Shown here piece by piece: positions 28,198-37,874 of a DNA stretch of 64,000 nucleotides. The stretch is from Candidatus Polarisedimenticolaceae bacterium. GTDB taxonomy: Bacteria; Pseudomonadota; Gammaproteobacteria; Chromatiales; Chromatiaceae. The notes beneath the pieces were generated by a model. That model searched no databases. It was not told where the DNA came from and worked only from the letters and a program-made list of their open reading frames with translations. A program made the position numbers and the translations under genes. The number at the start of each line of letters is the position of its first letter. Position 1 is the stretch's first letter. Location: NCBI GenBank assembly GCA_021647945.1, contig JAKITT010000008.1:569-64568 (forward strand), written 5' to 3'.

Positions 28198-28740
28198 ATG
28201 ATAACCAGATTCTTGCTTCTCCTGTTTTTGGTACTACAGACAGCGCTGGGTTTTGCGGCAGGCCCATTCTTTGATGAATATGGGCAGAGTGATGGATATG
28301 TCGACGATGATGCGGCAGTTTGGCAGGAGAAAAAGCGTGAATTACCGGCGTTACCCCAAGAGGAAAACCTACTCGCTTTTGATGTGGATGAGCCAAAAAG
28401 ACGCTTTAACTACACGATAGATCGTACGTCATTAGTGGCGGGTGAGGATGGCGTGATGCGCTTTAGTTTGGTTATCGAATCGATGAGCGGCGTAAAAAAC
28501 AGCTCCTATGAGGGGATTCGCTGTAGTACTAAGGAGTATAAAGTCTATGCCTATGGCTCAAATGGGCAGTTTAAAACGGTTAGAAAGCCAATATGGCGGC
28601 GCATCATGCCGCGGCATCTTTACTACAACGCACTCTATCTCGACTACCTCTGCCACAGTCAGGGTGTTGTTATCGAGCCACTATCGCCCGAGCAAGCAGT
28701 CAAAAGTATTCTCACTAAAACCCGCCGTCAGGAGTATTAA
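28198..28740 (+). CDS. Periplasmic CNP1-like family protein (tentative)
   Basis: Signal peptide MITRFLLLLFLVLQTALGFA. The central NSSYEGIRCSTKEYKVYAYG segment resembles the CNP1-like family. The track start is TTG 28186. Confidence 0.45.
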   Translation: MITRFLLLLFLVLQTALGFAAGPFFDEYGQSDGYVDDDAAVWQEKKRELPALPQEENLLAFDVDEPKRRFNYTIDRTSLVAGEDGVMRFSLVIESMSGVKNSSYEGIRCSTKEYKVYAYGSNGQFKTVRKPIWRRIMPRHLYYNALYLDYLCHSQGVVIEPLSPEQAVKSILTKTRRQEY

Positions 28741-28742
28741 TT

Positions 28743-30776
28743 ATGAGCAACCCACTGCTTGATATGGGCGGACTGCCAGCCTTCTCGAAAATTGATCCCG
28801 TGCATGTTGAACCCGCTATTGATGAGCTGTTGCGGATCAACCGTGAGCAGATTGCCAAGCTGCTAGAGGGTGAAAGTGACTACAGCTGGAAAAACTTAGT
28901 AGAACCCATTGAACGGTTAGAGGATCGATTAAGTCGTGCTTGGTCGCCAGTCAGCCACATGAACTCGGTGGTCAATAGTGAGGTGCTGCGGGAAGCCTAC
29001 AACGCCTGCCTGCCAAAGCTGAGTGAATATGGTACGGAGATGGGGCAGAACGAAGCACTCTTTCGTGCCTACCAATATGTTGCTGAGCATGACAAAAGTC
29101 TCGATGAGGCACAGCAGAAGGTGATGCAGAATGCCTTGCGTGACTTTCGCCTCTCGGGTGTTGATCTGCCACAAGAGAAGAAAGCGCGTTATAAAGAGCT
29201 GAGCCAGCAGATGAGCCAGCTGACCAGCAAATTTGAAGAAAATATCCTCGACTCAACCAACGCCTGGAGCAAATTGATCGCCGATGCCGAGCAGCTTGCG
29301 GGTCTGCCAGAGTCGGCACTGGATCTCGCCAAACAGAATGCCGAACAGCGCGAGATGGAGGGGTGGCTGCTCACCCTGGAGTTCCCCTCCTACCTGCCGG
29401 TGATGACCTACGCCGACAATCGTGAACTGCGCCATGAACTCTATCAGGCCTTCTCCACCCGCGCCTCTGACCAGGGGCCACAAGCGGGCCAATGGGATAA
29501 TAGCGAGGTGATGGAGGAAATTCTGGCCAATCGTCATGAGAAGGCGCAGCTGCTTGGTTTTGATAACTATGCTGAACGATCACTGGCCACCAAAATGGCC
29601 CGCAATCCCGATGAGGTGATCAGCTTTCTGCACGATCTGGCGGAGCGTTCTCACCCTCAAGCACAACGTGAGTTGGATGAGCTGCGTGACTACGCTAAGC
29701 AGCAGTTTGGTGTTGAACAGCTAGAGGCTTGGGATATTGGCTACTACGCCGAGAAACTGCGCCAGTTTCGTTACAACATCAGCCAGGAGGAGTTGAAACC
29801 CTACCTGCCTGAAACCCGTGTTGTCCCTGGCATGTTTAAGGTGGTCGAACGCCTCTACGGCATCAAAGTGAGTGAGGCGAGTCAGGTTGATGGTTGGCAC
29901 CCTGATGTACGCTTCTTTGAGATCCGCGATAGCCACGGTGCGCTACGTGGCCAGTTCTACCTTGACCTCTATGCCCGCCGTTTCAAACGTGGCGGCGCCT
30001 GGATGGATGAGTGTGCCGGTCGCTTTTTCAGTGATGAGATGGATCAAATTCCGGTGGCGTACCTCACCTGCAACTTCTCACCACCCGTGGGTGATAAACC
30101 CGCTCTCTTTACCCACGATGAGGTGGAGACCCTGTTCCATGAGTTTGGCCATGGTTTGCACCACATGCTGACAAAAATTGACTACCCCGCCGTTTCAGGC
30201 ATCAGTGGAGTCTCCTGGGATGCGGTTGAACTGCCGAGTCAGTTTATGGAGAACTGGTGCTGGCAGCATGAGGCGCTACAGCTCATCTCTGGCCACTATG
30301 AGACGGGAGAGCCGATTCCTGATGAGCTGTATGACCGTATGATTGCCGCAAAGAACTTCCAGTCAGCGATGCAGATGGTACGGCAGCTGGAGTTTTCTCT
30401 CTTTGATTTCCGTATGCACCGTGAATATGACCCGGTGAAGGGCGGCCAGGTCTACGAGGTTTTGCAGCAGGTGCGAGAACAGGTCGCTGTGGTAGAGCCA
30501 CCGAGTTGGAATCGCTTTCCACATGGCTTTTCACACATCTTTGCCGGTGGTTATGCGGCGGGTTACTACAGTTACAAGTGGGCAGAAGTGCTCTCGGCTG
30601 ACGCCTTTTCACTCTTTGAAGAGCAGGGGATCTTTAATGCTGAGGCGGGTGCATCATTCTTGCAGAACATTCTTGAGATGGGTGGTTCGAAGGATGCGAT
30701 GGAGCTGTTTGTTGCCTTTCGTGGGCGGGAGCCGAAGATTGATGCGTTATTGAGTCATTGTGGGATTGGGGTTTAG
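28743..30776 (+). CDS. prlC: Oligopeptidase A (M3 family)
   Basis: 677 aa with the HEFGHGLHH zincin motif and typical M3 length and N-terminus. Confidence 0.95.
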   Translation: MSNPLLDMGGLPAFSKIDPVHVEPAIDELLRINREQIAKLLEGESDYSWKNLVEPIERLEDRLSRAWSPVSHMNSVVNSEVLREAYNACLPKLSEYGTEMGQNEALFRAYQYVAEHDKSLDEAQQKVMQNALRDFRLSGVDLPQEKKARYKELSQQMSQLTSKFEENILDSTNAWSKLIADAEQLAGLPESALDLAKQNAEQREMEGWLLTLEFPSYLPVMTYADNRELRHELYQAFSTRASDQGPQAGQWDNSEVMEEILANRHEKAQLLGFDNYAERSLATKMARNPDEVISFLHDLAERSHPQAQRELDELRDYAKQQFGVEQLEAWDIGYYAEKLRQFRYNISQEELKPYLPETRVVPGMFKVVERLYGIKVSEASQVDGWHPDVRFFEIRDSHGALRGQFYLDLYARRFKRGGAWMDECAGRFFSDEMDQIPVAYLTCNFSPPVGDKPALFTHDEVETLFHEFGHGLHHMLTKIDYPAVSGISGVSWDAVELPSQFMENWCWQHEALQLISGHYETGEPIPDELYDRMIAAKNFQSAMQMVRQLEFSLFDFRMHREYDPVKGGQVYEVLQQVREQVAVVEPPSWNRFPHGFSHIFAGGYAAGYYSYKWAEVLSADAFSLFEEQGIFNAEAGASFLQNILEMGGSKDAMELFVAFRGREPKIDALLSHCGIGV

Positions 30777-30810
30777 ATGCAGATACAGTTTGTATCGCTG
30801 ACGTAGGGCT

Positions 30811-31036
30811 CTGATGTCTTGGGTTTCGCCCTCTGGCGAGTGTCTTTTCTTTGCGCGGCCAAAGAAAAGGCACCAAAAGAAAGGCCGCCCCTATATCGCT
30901 CCCCTATCGGGGTTCCCTGCGCTGCTCACAAAATGACGGTCACTCAGGAACTCGCCCTGGCAAACAGCGCCAGGACTCAGACAGCCTTCGCTCTCTCCGT
31001 CATTTTGATCCGCTGCTCGGAGCGATATAAAGGGGA
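30811..31036. repeat. Left arm of a long inverted repeat flanking the 31092-32492 gene
   Basis: Read against the reverse complement of 32625-32900, it matches over nearly its full length. The right arm carries an insertion of about 55 nt. The arm contains internal hairpins (CTTTTCTTTG-CGCGGC-CAAAGAAAAG; TATATCGCTCC...GGAGCGATATA). Confidence 0.85.
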
Positions 31037-31091
31037 AGGTATAGAGTGACCAAATGAAAAGGTACTAAGCACACTCTTTTTCATACCTTAC

Positions 31092-32492
31092 TTACCCAAC
31101 AACACCCTTATCTTCATGCCCGGAAGGATCTAGTATTTCATTGTTATTTTCCTTTTGAGCATCCCCAATTCCATTATTGTCAGCATCTGAGGCATTATTC
31201 ATACTTTTGACTTTGGGTGGTCGTGGCATCCATTTATTAATATGTTGGCCTACATCCCGATAAAAGTCTGGGACTGATGACAACATAGACTCAACAAAAA
31301 CTTTGCTCCCATTGAACTTCCTGCCTAAATCAATCACCCGTGTAACAATCAAAAAGCGAGGAATATCTTTCATTCCATCTGGGACTAATACATTTGGGTC
31401 TTCGAGAACAGCTGATAAATCTGCCTGAGTATCTGTAACCCTGCCAGGCCAGATGGCTTTGACGATAAGATCCTTAGGTTCTATTGACTTTAATTGACGA
31501 GTAAGCCAATTGATTGCGGCTGTGGATCTAGATCGATCTTTTGGCGCTTCCAGCTTCATGCTGAGTACTACTACTCTACGCATAAAATCTGCAGTTACTG
31601 AGATATTTGAGGCAGCATTAGGAATACACAGTTCATCCGTTAGAGTGTGTTGGCTGACAATCTCATCAATATCTTCATGGAGTTTTGCAGTTGGGTATTT
31701 TACATGAGTCCGAGTGAGCGAAACTTCCACTTGGCTATTTGTAGACATTGAAAGTTCTAGAGCAATATATCGAAAAAGCTGCTGCCAGCTTTCTACTGTT
31801 GACTCACATTCAAGAGAGTTCTTTTTTAATGCAGCTCCTTGCTGGATATGAGTGCAGATATCTTTCCATTCTGTGTTCATCTGACTCATAGGTGACACCC
31901 CAGAATATGGGTGGTTTAAGTATCGCACGAGCTCTTTAAGGATGATCGCTTGCTCTCTATCACCAACACTTTTTGAGCTTGACATGATTGCTGCTTTAGA
32001 TAGAACTGCCATCCATGAGAAATGAAAGAGATCAACTGTACGAGTTTTATGTTTTGACACTGTAACAGGATGATGTGTAGGTATAGTTGCGAACTGATTA
32101 GAGATAGTAATTAATGCATTAACTCCAATCGATTTTGATAGATCTAAATATTTTTCAATTTGTTCTTTATTGAGCTCGTTATTGCCAACTTTTGCCTCAA
32201 CAAGAGCGGACCATGTTTTTTTGCCACGCGAAATAACAATCAAGCCATCTGGTCGCAACCCATTAAACTCTTTTTCATTAAAAGTAACTTCGGTATAGCA
32301 TTTGATTTCTGATCGTTGGCCTATTTTTGCACCGGCCTCAGCTAATATTGATTCGGCAAACTGAGGAACAATCATAAATGTAGAAAGTAATACTGATGTT
32401 GCCCGTTCTTCTTTTTTTGAATCTGCAACTACAGGGATGAGACGAGCCTTTGAGCCAGACTTAATATGAGATGTAATATCACTGTTAGACAT
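31092..32492 (-). CDS. Hypothetical 466-aa protein with an N-terminal PD-(D/E)xK nuclease-like motif
   Basis: It is the only long ORF in a clearly AT-richer segment. ...KKEERATSVL...LRPDGLIVISRGKKTWSALVEAKVG... gives E / PD / ExK in canonical order and spacing. I cannot assign the C-terminal 300 aa. Confidence 0.6.
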   Translation of the reverse strand: MSNSDITSHIKSGSKARLIPVVADSKKEERATSVLLSTFMIVPQFAESILAEAGAKIGQRSEIKCYTEVTFNEKEFNGLRPDGLIVISRGKKTWSALVEAKVGNNELNKEQIEKYLDLSKSIGVNALITISNQFATIPTHHPVTVSKHKTRTVDLFHFSWMAVLSKAAIMSSSKSVGDREQAIILKELVRYLNHPYSGVSPMSQMNTEWKDICTHIQQGAALKKNSLECESTVESWQQLFRYIALELSMSTNSQVEVSLTRTHVKYPTAKLHEDIDEIVSQHTLTDELCIPNAASNISVTADFMRRVVVLSMKLEAPKDRSRSTAAINWLTRQLKSIEPKDLIVKAIWPGRVTDTQADLSAVLEDPNVLVPDGMKDIPRFLIVTRVIDLGRKFNGSKVFVESMLSSVPDFYRDVGQHINKWMPRPPKVKSMNNASDADNNGIGDAQKENNNEILDPSGHEDKGVVG

Positions 32493-32624
32493 TTACCTAC
32501 CCTCCTTGATTCTTATGGCTTTCTTCTAGATATATCTCAGCCCAAGGATAAACGACTTCGATATTCATTTGAAGTTACCTGCAACCCACTGAGAAACCAC
32601 CCAGGCTATCAGTATGCACCCTAA

Positions 32625-32900
32625 TCCCCTTTATATCGCTCCGAGCAGCAGAGCAAAATGACGGAGTGAGCGAAGGCTGTTTGAGTCTTGGCGTTGTTTG
32701 CCAGGGCGAGTTCCTGAGCGACCGTTATTTTGTGAGCAGCGCAGGGAACCCGAAGGGAGCGATATAGGGGCGGCCTTGACGTGCAGGGATGCACTAATGC
32801 CGTGGAGCATATGGATGTGCGGGAGCGGCGCTTTTCGTTAGTTTTTCTTTGGCCGCGCAAAGAAAAGTAACTCGCCAACAGGCGAAACCCCAGCCATCAG
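32625..32900. repeat. Right arm of the long inverted repeat flanking the 31092-32492 gene
   Basis: Reverse complement of 30811-31036 plus an internal insertion of about 55 nt. Confidence 0.85.
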
Positions 32901-32953
32901 TCTCTAACAACAAGCCTTCATCACCCAGAAACCTAAAGGCAGCACCAGCCCCC

Positions 32954-33235
32954 TCAACTGATAGTGGTCAACTCCCTCAAAAAATCCCCCCACCCATGAG
33001 AGAAAATCACCATAAACACCGTCAACCCAAGAAAGATAAAAAAGATACGTCGAAAACGCGCGTGGGCGAAACGCAACTCCATATAGTGATCAATCACCAT
33101 CCCCCCCTTAAATCCAATCAAGAGTGCAACCGTCAACGTCAACGGCCATCCAGCATGACCGGTCTCAGCAAGCCATGTACTGACCAGCGTCAGACCAATA
33201 AGCAGAAACCAGATTTTTTCGCTATGTTGGATCAT
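32954..33235 (-). CDS. Small membrane protein, prokaryotic cytochrome oxidase subunit IV family
   Basis: 93 aa from the ATG at 33235, which overlaps the stop of the upstream CoxIII-like gene (ATGA). It has three hydrophobic helices. The family call rests on size, topology and context. Confidence 0.55.
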   Translation of the reverse strand: MIQHSEKIWFLLIGLTLVSTWLAETGHAGWPLTLTVALLIGFKGGMVIDHYMELRFAHARFRRIFFIFLGLTVFMVIFSHGWGDFLRELTTIS

Positions 33236-33834
33236 CGCAGGATATAGAACAAAGGAAAGATAATCAGCCAGATCACATCGGTGGTGTGCCAAAAAAGAGC
33301 TGCTGCCTCAAGACCTTGATAATCCTTTGATGAATAGATGCCAAAACCTGTTCGAATAGCGACCCAAAACAGCCCTAGCAGGGCCCAGCCGACATGTACT
33401 AAATGGTTAAGGGTGAGGTAGTAGTAGATGGTGTAGAAGGTGCCCGTCTCACCATCGATACCGTTTGCGATATTCCAGCGTATCTCGAATATCTTCACGA
33501 TGGGATAGCCAAACCCCAATACAATGGCGGCAATAATCCAGCGCAGTGTTACTTGCTTATTGTCTCGCCGAATCGCTTCAATGGCTTTGACCATGCAGTA
33601 GCCGCTGGTCAGTAGAAAGAGGGTGATCGTGATGCCTGCTGTGGTGAGCAGTTTGTCGGGGCCGCTGTTGAATGCCTCGGGGTTGTGGACTTTGGCGATG
33701 AAGTAGACTGCAAATAGCAGCGTGAACTCAACCAATACACAGAATATACCGACCCATATCCCACCATTGCCGGGTATGCGGCTGTAGAGGGGGGGCGTAG
33801 TTACTCTCTCGACTGTAGTATCAGAGTGGCTCAT
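33232..33834 (-). CDS. Heme-copper oxidase subunit III family protein (CoxIII/NorE-like)
   Basis: 200 aa with five TM helices. The C-terminal LFWHTTDVIWLIIFPLFY segment matches the subunit III signature. Confidence 0.75.
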   Translation of the reverse strand: MSHSDTTVERVTTPPLYSRIPGNGGIWVGIFCVLVEFTLLFAVYFIAKVHNPEAFNSGPDKLLTTAGITITLFLLTSGYCMVKAIEAIRRDNKQVTLRWIIAAIVLGFGYPIVKIFEIRWNIANGIDGETGTFYTIYYYLTLNHLVHVGWALLGLFWVAIRTGFGIYSSKDYQGLEAAALFWHTTDVIWLIIFPLFYILR

Positions 33835-34002
33835 GTTTTATAGAACTTCATCATGCCCTGTCGTAACGGTGGCATGGGTGTCGCACAGGTGTGAGCTAAG
33901 ATGCCAAATAGTTGCTTTACTGATCCATGACCTAAGTCATATCGAGTGATATTAAGTGTGGAAAACTACGGTTTTGAAAATGAGCTGCTTTTTCCTGCGC
34001 TA

Positions 34003-34196
34003 GGGAACCTCTGATTAAGTCTGGTTGCACTAAAGCATAAGATTCGCTAAAGCTCAGCTAAAATTTAGGGTGAGATAAAACTGTTCCGATTTGTTTCGAA
34101 GTGAGCTGTAATAGTTGTTCTATTGCAGCGATCTTCGGAGCGAGTCGGGGTGGTTTTAGCCAGTCTAAAACAATCATGACTTATTCAGAGGTTCCC
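34003..34196. mobile_element. MITE-like element with 19-bp terminal inverted repeats and a TA duplication in a CTAG target (IS630/Tc1-mariner style)
   Basis: GGGAACCTCTGATTAAGTC (34003-34021) against GACTTATTCAGAGGTTCCC (34178-34196) matches 18/19. Each end is flanked by TA inside CTAG. There is no ORF inside. An internal imperfect hairpin lies around 34095-34140. Confidence 0.65.
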
Positions 34197-35020
34197 TAGA
34201 GCTGTGGATCAAATGCGATGTCACCCTCATCGACCTCACTCTCCTGTGTCAGCCCTTTAAAATCATAGAGGTCACTATCCAACAGATGTGATGGCACCAC
34301 CTGCTGCATCGCGGTAAAGATTGACTCGGTACGGCCAGGATAATCTTTCTCCCAATCGGTCAGCATCTGTTTAACCCGTTGCCGCTGTAGATTATCCTGT
34401 GAGCCACAGAGGTTGCAGGGGATGATCGGAAATTCCAAGGCGCGTGCATAGCGGGCGATGTCCTTCTCTTTGCAGTAGGCGAGCGGTCGGATGACGATAT
34501 TCTCTTTGTCATCGGTGACCAGCTTAGGAGGCATGGTCTTCATTTTGCCGCCAAAGAAGAGGTTGAGAAATAGCGTCTCAACAATATCATCGCGGTGATG
34601 GCCGAGAGCGATCTTGGTGGCCCCTAGCTCTTTTGCGGTACGGTAGATGATGCCGCGACGTAGACGTGAGCAGAGTGAGCAGGTGGTTTTACCAACGGGG
34701 ATCTTCTCCTGCACAATTGAGTAGGTGTCCTCTGCGACGATGTGATATTCAACGCCGAGTGTCTTTAGGTATTCTGGCAGGATGTGGTCGGGGAAGCCGG
34801 GCTGCTTCTGGTCAAGATTCATGGCGATGATCTTGAAGTCGATCGGTGCGCGTTTTTGCAGGGCGGTGAGTACTTTGAGTAGGGTGTAGGAGTCTTTGCC
34901 GCCACTGAGGCAGACCATTACGACATCATCCGCCTCAATCATGTTGAAGTCGGCGATCGCCTTGCCAGTATTGCGCTCTAACAGGCGCTCTAACTTCTTA
35001 CTGTTTCCACTCAGTTTCAT
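34196..35020 (-). CDS. ttcA: tRNA 2-thiocytidine(32) synthetase
   Basis: PP-loop CLSGGKDS and [10 protein letters not shown] motifs, 274 aa. Confidence 0.9.
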   Translation of the reverse strand: MKLSGNSKKLERLLERNTGKAIADFNMIEADDVVMVCLSGGKDSYTLLKVLTALQKRAPIDFKIIAMNLDQKQPGFPDHILPEYLKTLGVEYHIVAEDTYSIVQEKIPVGKTTCSLCSRLRRGIIYRTAKELGATKIALGHHRDDIVETLFLNLFFGGKMKTMPPKLVTDDKENIVIRPLAYCKEKDIARYARALEFPIIPCNLCGSQDNLQRQRVKQMLTDWEKDYPGRTESIFTAMQQVVPSHLLDSDLYDFKGLTQESEVDEGDIAFDPQL

Positions 35021-36081
35021 AGCTCTTTGAGACTCTCTTTTAGTGCAGGCAAAACACGGGTGACGATCAGACGTTGCAGCCCTTGCAGCTCTTCATATCC
35101 AGGGGTGACTTCAACGATGTAACTCAGCGTGAGGGGGATATCTTTCAGATAGCCTGGTTTGCCATCACGCTGGTTGAGGCGGGCGAAGATGCCACTCGCT
35201 TTTAGGTGGCGTTGTACGCCCATCATGTCAAACCAACGCAGAAATCTGCGTTGTGGTTTGTCGATTTTGTTGGCCGGTCGCATTAGTGCGTTAAGACGCC
35301 AATCGGCTGGGTGGTCAAACATCTCATCCAGTAGCCCAGCTTGTGCGGCCCGGTGGTAGTAGGTGAGTGCCCACGCTTTGACCTGTTCGGCAGGCCACTT
35401 GATGTAGCAGTCGCGAAAGAGTGAGACCACATCGTAGGTGATGGGGCCGATCACGGCGTCCTGGAAGTCGATGATGCCTGGGTTGGGTGGTGGTGTGACC
35501 ATCAAGTTTCGAGAGTGGTAGTCGCGGTGTACGTAGGTCTGAGGCTGCTCTAGTGCGCTATCGGCCAACATCTCAAACAGGGTGTCGAGCATCTGCTGCT
35601 CTTCATTGGTGAGTTCTAGCTTAAGCTGTTCACCAATGAGCCATCCGCGGAACAGCTCCATCTCACTCATCAGGAGTGGTCTGTCGTAGTGAGGTGTCTT
35701 CTCTTGTGGCCCACCTTTTTGTAGGGTGATCAGTGCGTCAAGTGCCTCGCTATAGAGACGTTCAGCATTCTCTTCGTTGAGAATATCGAGATAGAGGGTG
35801 GTGCCGAGATCGGTGAGCAGCAGAAAACCTTGTTCTAGATCCTGCGCCAAAATTTTTGGTACGTTGAGGCCTGTTTTAGCGAGTGCGGTGGCGACCTCAA
35901 TGAAGGGGCGACAATCCTCCTGCTCGGGCGGAGCATCCATGGCGATGAAAGAGTCGTTATCAGTGCAGATACGAAAGTAGCGGCGGAAGCTGGCATCGCT
36001 GGATGCGGGGTCAAATGAGAAGGTCTCAAGGCCCGGCTGTTGGTGTAGCCACTGTTGTAACTGTTCGATTCGTTCCGGCAT
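35017..36081 (-). CDS. Aminoglycoside-phosphotransferase-fold kinase (AmgK-like sugar kinase, tentative)
   Basis: Catalytic loop [10 protein letters not shown] and IDFQDA. The stop overlaps the ttcA start (ATGA). Confidence 0.6.
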   Translation of the reverse strand: MPERIEQLQQWLHQQPGLETFSFDPASSDASFRRYFRICTDNDSFIAMDAPPEQEDCRPFIEVATALAKTGLNVPKILAQDLEQGFLLLTDLGTTLYLDILNEENAERLYSEALDALITLQKGGPQEKTPHYDRPLLMSEMELFRGWLIGEQLKLELTNEEQQMLDTLFEMLADSALEQPQTYVHRDYHSRNLMVTPPPNPGIIDFQDAVIGPITYDVVSLFRDCYIKWPAEQVKAWALTYYHRAAQAGLLDEMFDHPADWRLNALMRPANKIDKPQRRFLRWFDMMGVQRHLKASGIFARLNQRDGKPGYLKDIPLTLSYIVEVTPGYEELQGLQRLIVTRVLPALKESLKEL

Positions 36082-36135
36082 GGTGGACGGCTCTCTCTAG
36101 GCAAAAGGCGCAGGAAGAGTAATCGAAAAGTGAGA

Positions 36136-36630
36136 TTAATAACAGTGGCGGTTGCTGTTTGAGGTCCAGTGTCTGAATAGTGCCTGACACGCCTCTTGCA
36201 GTGGGCCGTGAATCAGCTCGACGTTGCTGCCACCTTGTTGCAGTAAAGTACTGGCAGAGAGGGTGAGTTCATTGAAGCCGGCACCCTCTGCATCAGCAAT
36301 GGTGGCACCATAATAGACCTGTTTTACACGCGCCCAGTGTAGTGCCGACATACACATGGGGCAGGGTTCGCAGGTGGTGGCAACAATGGCGTTGCTGAGG
36401 TGGATATCGCCTATCTTTTGGCAGGCGGCCCTGATCGCATTGATCTCAGCATGGGCGGTGGCATCGGTGTCGGCAACAACACGATTGTGGGCGACAGCGA
36501 TCACTTCACCATTGAGGCTGATGGTACAGCCGAAGGGTGATTGCCCGGCGGCAATCCCTTTTTCAGCTTCACTGATGGCTAAACGCATCAATGTTTCTGC
36601 ATGATCCATCTTGGCGCTTTCAAGGCCCAT
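36136..36630 (-). CDS. Nucleoside/nucleotide deaminase (CDA zinc-binding family)
   Basis: HAE (ATAHAEINAI) and PCPMC zinc motifs. An alternative start lies at 36609. Confidence 0.8.
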   Translation of the reverse strand: MGLESAKMDHAETLMRLAISEAEKGIAAGQSPFGCTISLNGEVIAVAHNRVVADTDATAHAEINAIRAACQKIGDIHLSNAIVATTCEPCPMCMSALHWARVKQVYYGATIADAEGAGFNELTLSASTLLQQGGSNVELIHGPLQEACQALFRHWTSNSNRHCY

Positions 36631-36647
36631 ATTTGGCTATCTCTCTC

Positions 36648-37742
36648 TTAGAACTGAACGGCGAGTTGTAGGGTGGTGGTGTCGGTATCATCTCCACTAC
36701 CGCCTTCATTTTCAGCGTAGTCCTCTTCATGTTTCCACTCGAGTGCTATTGCGGTGTTCTCCAGTAGATCGACCGATAGGGCGGCAGCGGTGCGCTGCTC
36801 AGCAAGCCCTAAAGCAAGTGCTTCATCGGTGCTTTGTATGGCGACAGCGAATGTTGCGGCATGGCCTGTGATAGCAAAGTCATAGGCGATTTCGAAATTG
36901 GAGCTAGAGGGCTGTGCGCCGCTTTTATTAAAAGTGAGGTCAGAGGCCTTAAAGCTGGTGGCAGCGCCTAGATACTCACCCGTGAGTGTGATGGATCCCA
37001 TTGAGAAGCTGACCTGTGCCGTGACGCCCGCGATAGTACTCTCCATTGCGCTGTTGTCTGTAACGCTATCCTGAAGTGTGTTGCTGTCGGCAATGTTACT
37101 TAGGAAGCCGAGGCTGGTGCTGAGTAAGTAACCATGACCTTCATGGTTAAAGCCGATGTTAGCACCGTAACCATCAATCTTTTCATCATCCCCACTCTCC
37201 TCTACGCTGCCATTGAAGATGAAGGCTGAACCGTATAAAGCCCCTTGTTCAAAGTTGAGCTGGATGGCGCTTTCACGTGTTTCGCCCAGTTCAAGAGTGA
37301 GTGGGTCAGAGATAAGATTGGAATCAAATGTCCCAAATGGCAGGTAGAACTGCCCTGTTGTAATGGAGAAGGGGGAGTCACCAAACTGCATGTTGATGAA
37401 TCCTTCGTCCAGTTCAGGTGGGTCGGTATCATCCTCTTCGAATAGGAAGAGCAGATGGGCAGTAACCCCCTTGGTGATGGCCGCTTCGATCTCAAACTGT
37501 GCGGTTGATAGGGTGATATCGCTCGTGTTGCCACCAGGGGCATCGACAAAGCTGGCATCAACCTCAACAGCGCCGCTGATGGTCAGCCCGCTGTTGCTCT
37601 TCAATTGCTGCTCAATTCGGTCGAGTCGTTGGTCAATGGTTTCATTGTTAGCGCTGTTTTGTGCAGCAACATGAGTGGTGGATAGTGCGATGAAGAGTGC
37701 GGCTGGAAGAGTGAGCGTGGCGCCCCTTATATTGAACTTCAT
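36648..37742 (-). CDS. Outer-membrane beta-barrel porin-like protein
   Basis: Signal peptide (...TTHVAAQ), an N-terminal coiled segment (IDQRLDRIEQQLK), alternating beta-strand pattern and a C-terminal ...LQLAVQF ending in Phe. Confidence 0.6.
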   Translation of the reverse strand: MKFNIRGATLTLPAALFIALSTTHVAAQNSANNETIDQRLDRIEQQLKSNSGLTISGAVEVDASFVDAPGGNTSDITLSTAQFEIEAAITKGVTAHLLFLFEEDDTDPPELDEGFINMQFGDSPFSITTGQFYLPFGTFDSNLISDPLTLELGETRESAIQLNFEQGALYGSAFIFNGSVEESGDDEKIDGYGANIGFNHEGHGYLLSTSLGFLSNIADSNTLQDSVTDNSAMESTIAGVTAQVSFSMGSITLTGEYLGAATSFKASDLTFNKSGAQPSSSNFEIAYDFAITGHAATFAVAIQSTDEALALGLAEQRTAAALSVDLLENTAIALEWKHEEDYAENEGGSGDDTDTTTLQLAVQF

Positions 37743-37794
37743 TTGGTTTTCCTATGATTAAAAGCATTTGATCCACAGCATGTATCAATGGGAG

Positions 37795-37874
37795 TAAGCG
37801 TAGTAGGAAGTAGACCGTTTGTTAAGAGAGGGGGCTTAAAAAGAGTGAGGCCCGACCCGATCGGCCCTGTTTTG
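37795..37874 (+). repeat. Repeat module A, copy 1
   Basis: TAAGCGTAGTAGGAAGTAGAC...TTTGTTAAG...AAAAGAGTGAGGCC plus a weak hairpin. The 21-mer is identical to 38037-38057, and the whole module resembles 39264-39342. Confidence 0.7.

Noticed and set aside
30819-31049. 76-aa ORF in the track, with a mirror-image 85-aa ORF at 32621-32878 that shares ...PLYRS..VPCAAHK.TV.QELALAN...TQTAFA.SVIL..CSERYKG
   Set aside because: Both lie entirely inside the two arms of the inverted repeat. Their similarity is simply the repeat read in the same relative frame. They have no RBS and are hairpin-rich, so they are spurious.
32849-33247. 132-aa plus-strand ORF
   Set aside because: It begins inside the repeat arm and then runs antisense to the CoxIV-like gene. 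It is low-complexity and rich in P, K and Q, so it is a shadow ORF.
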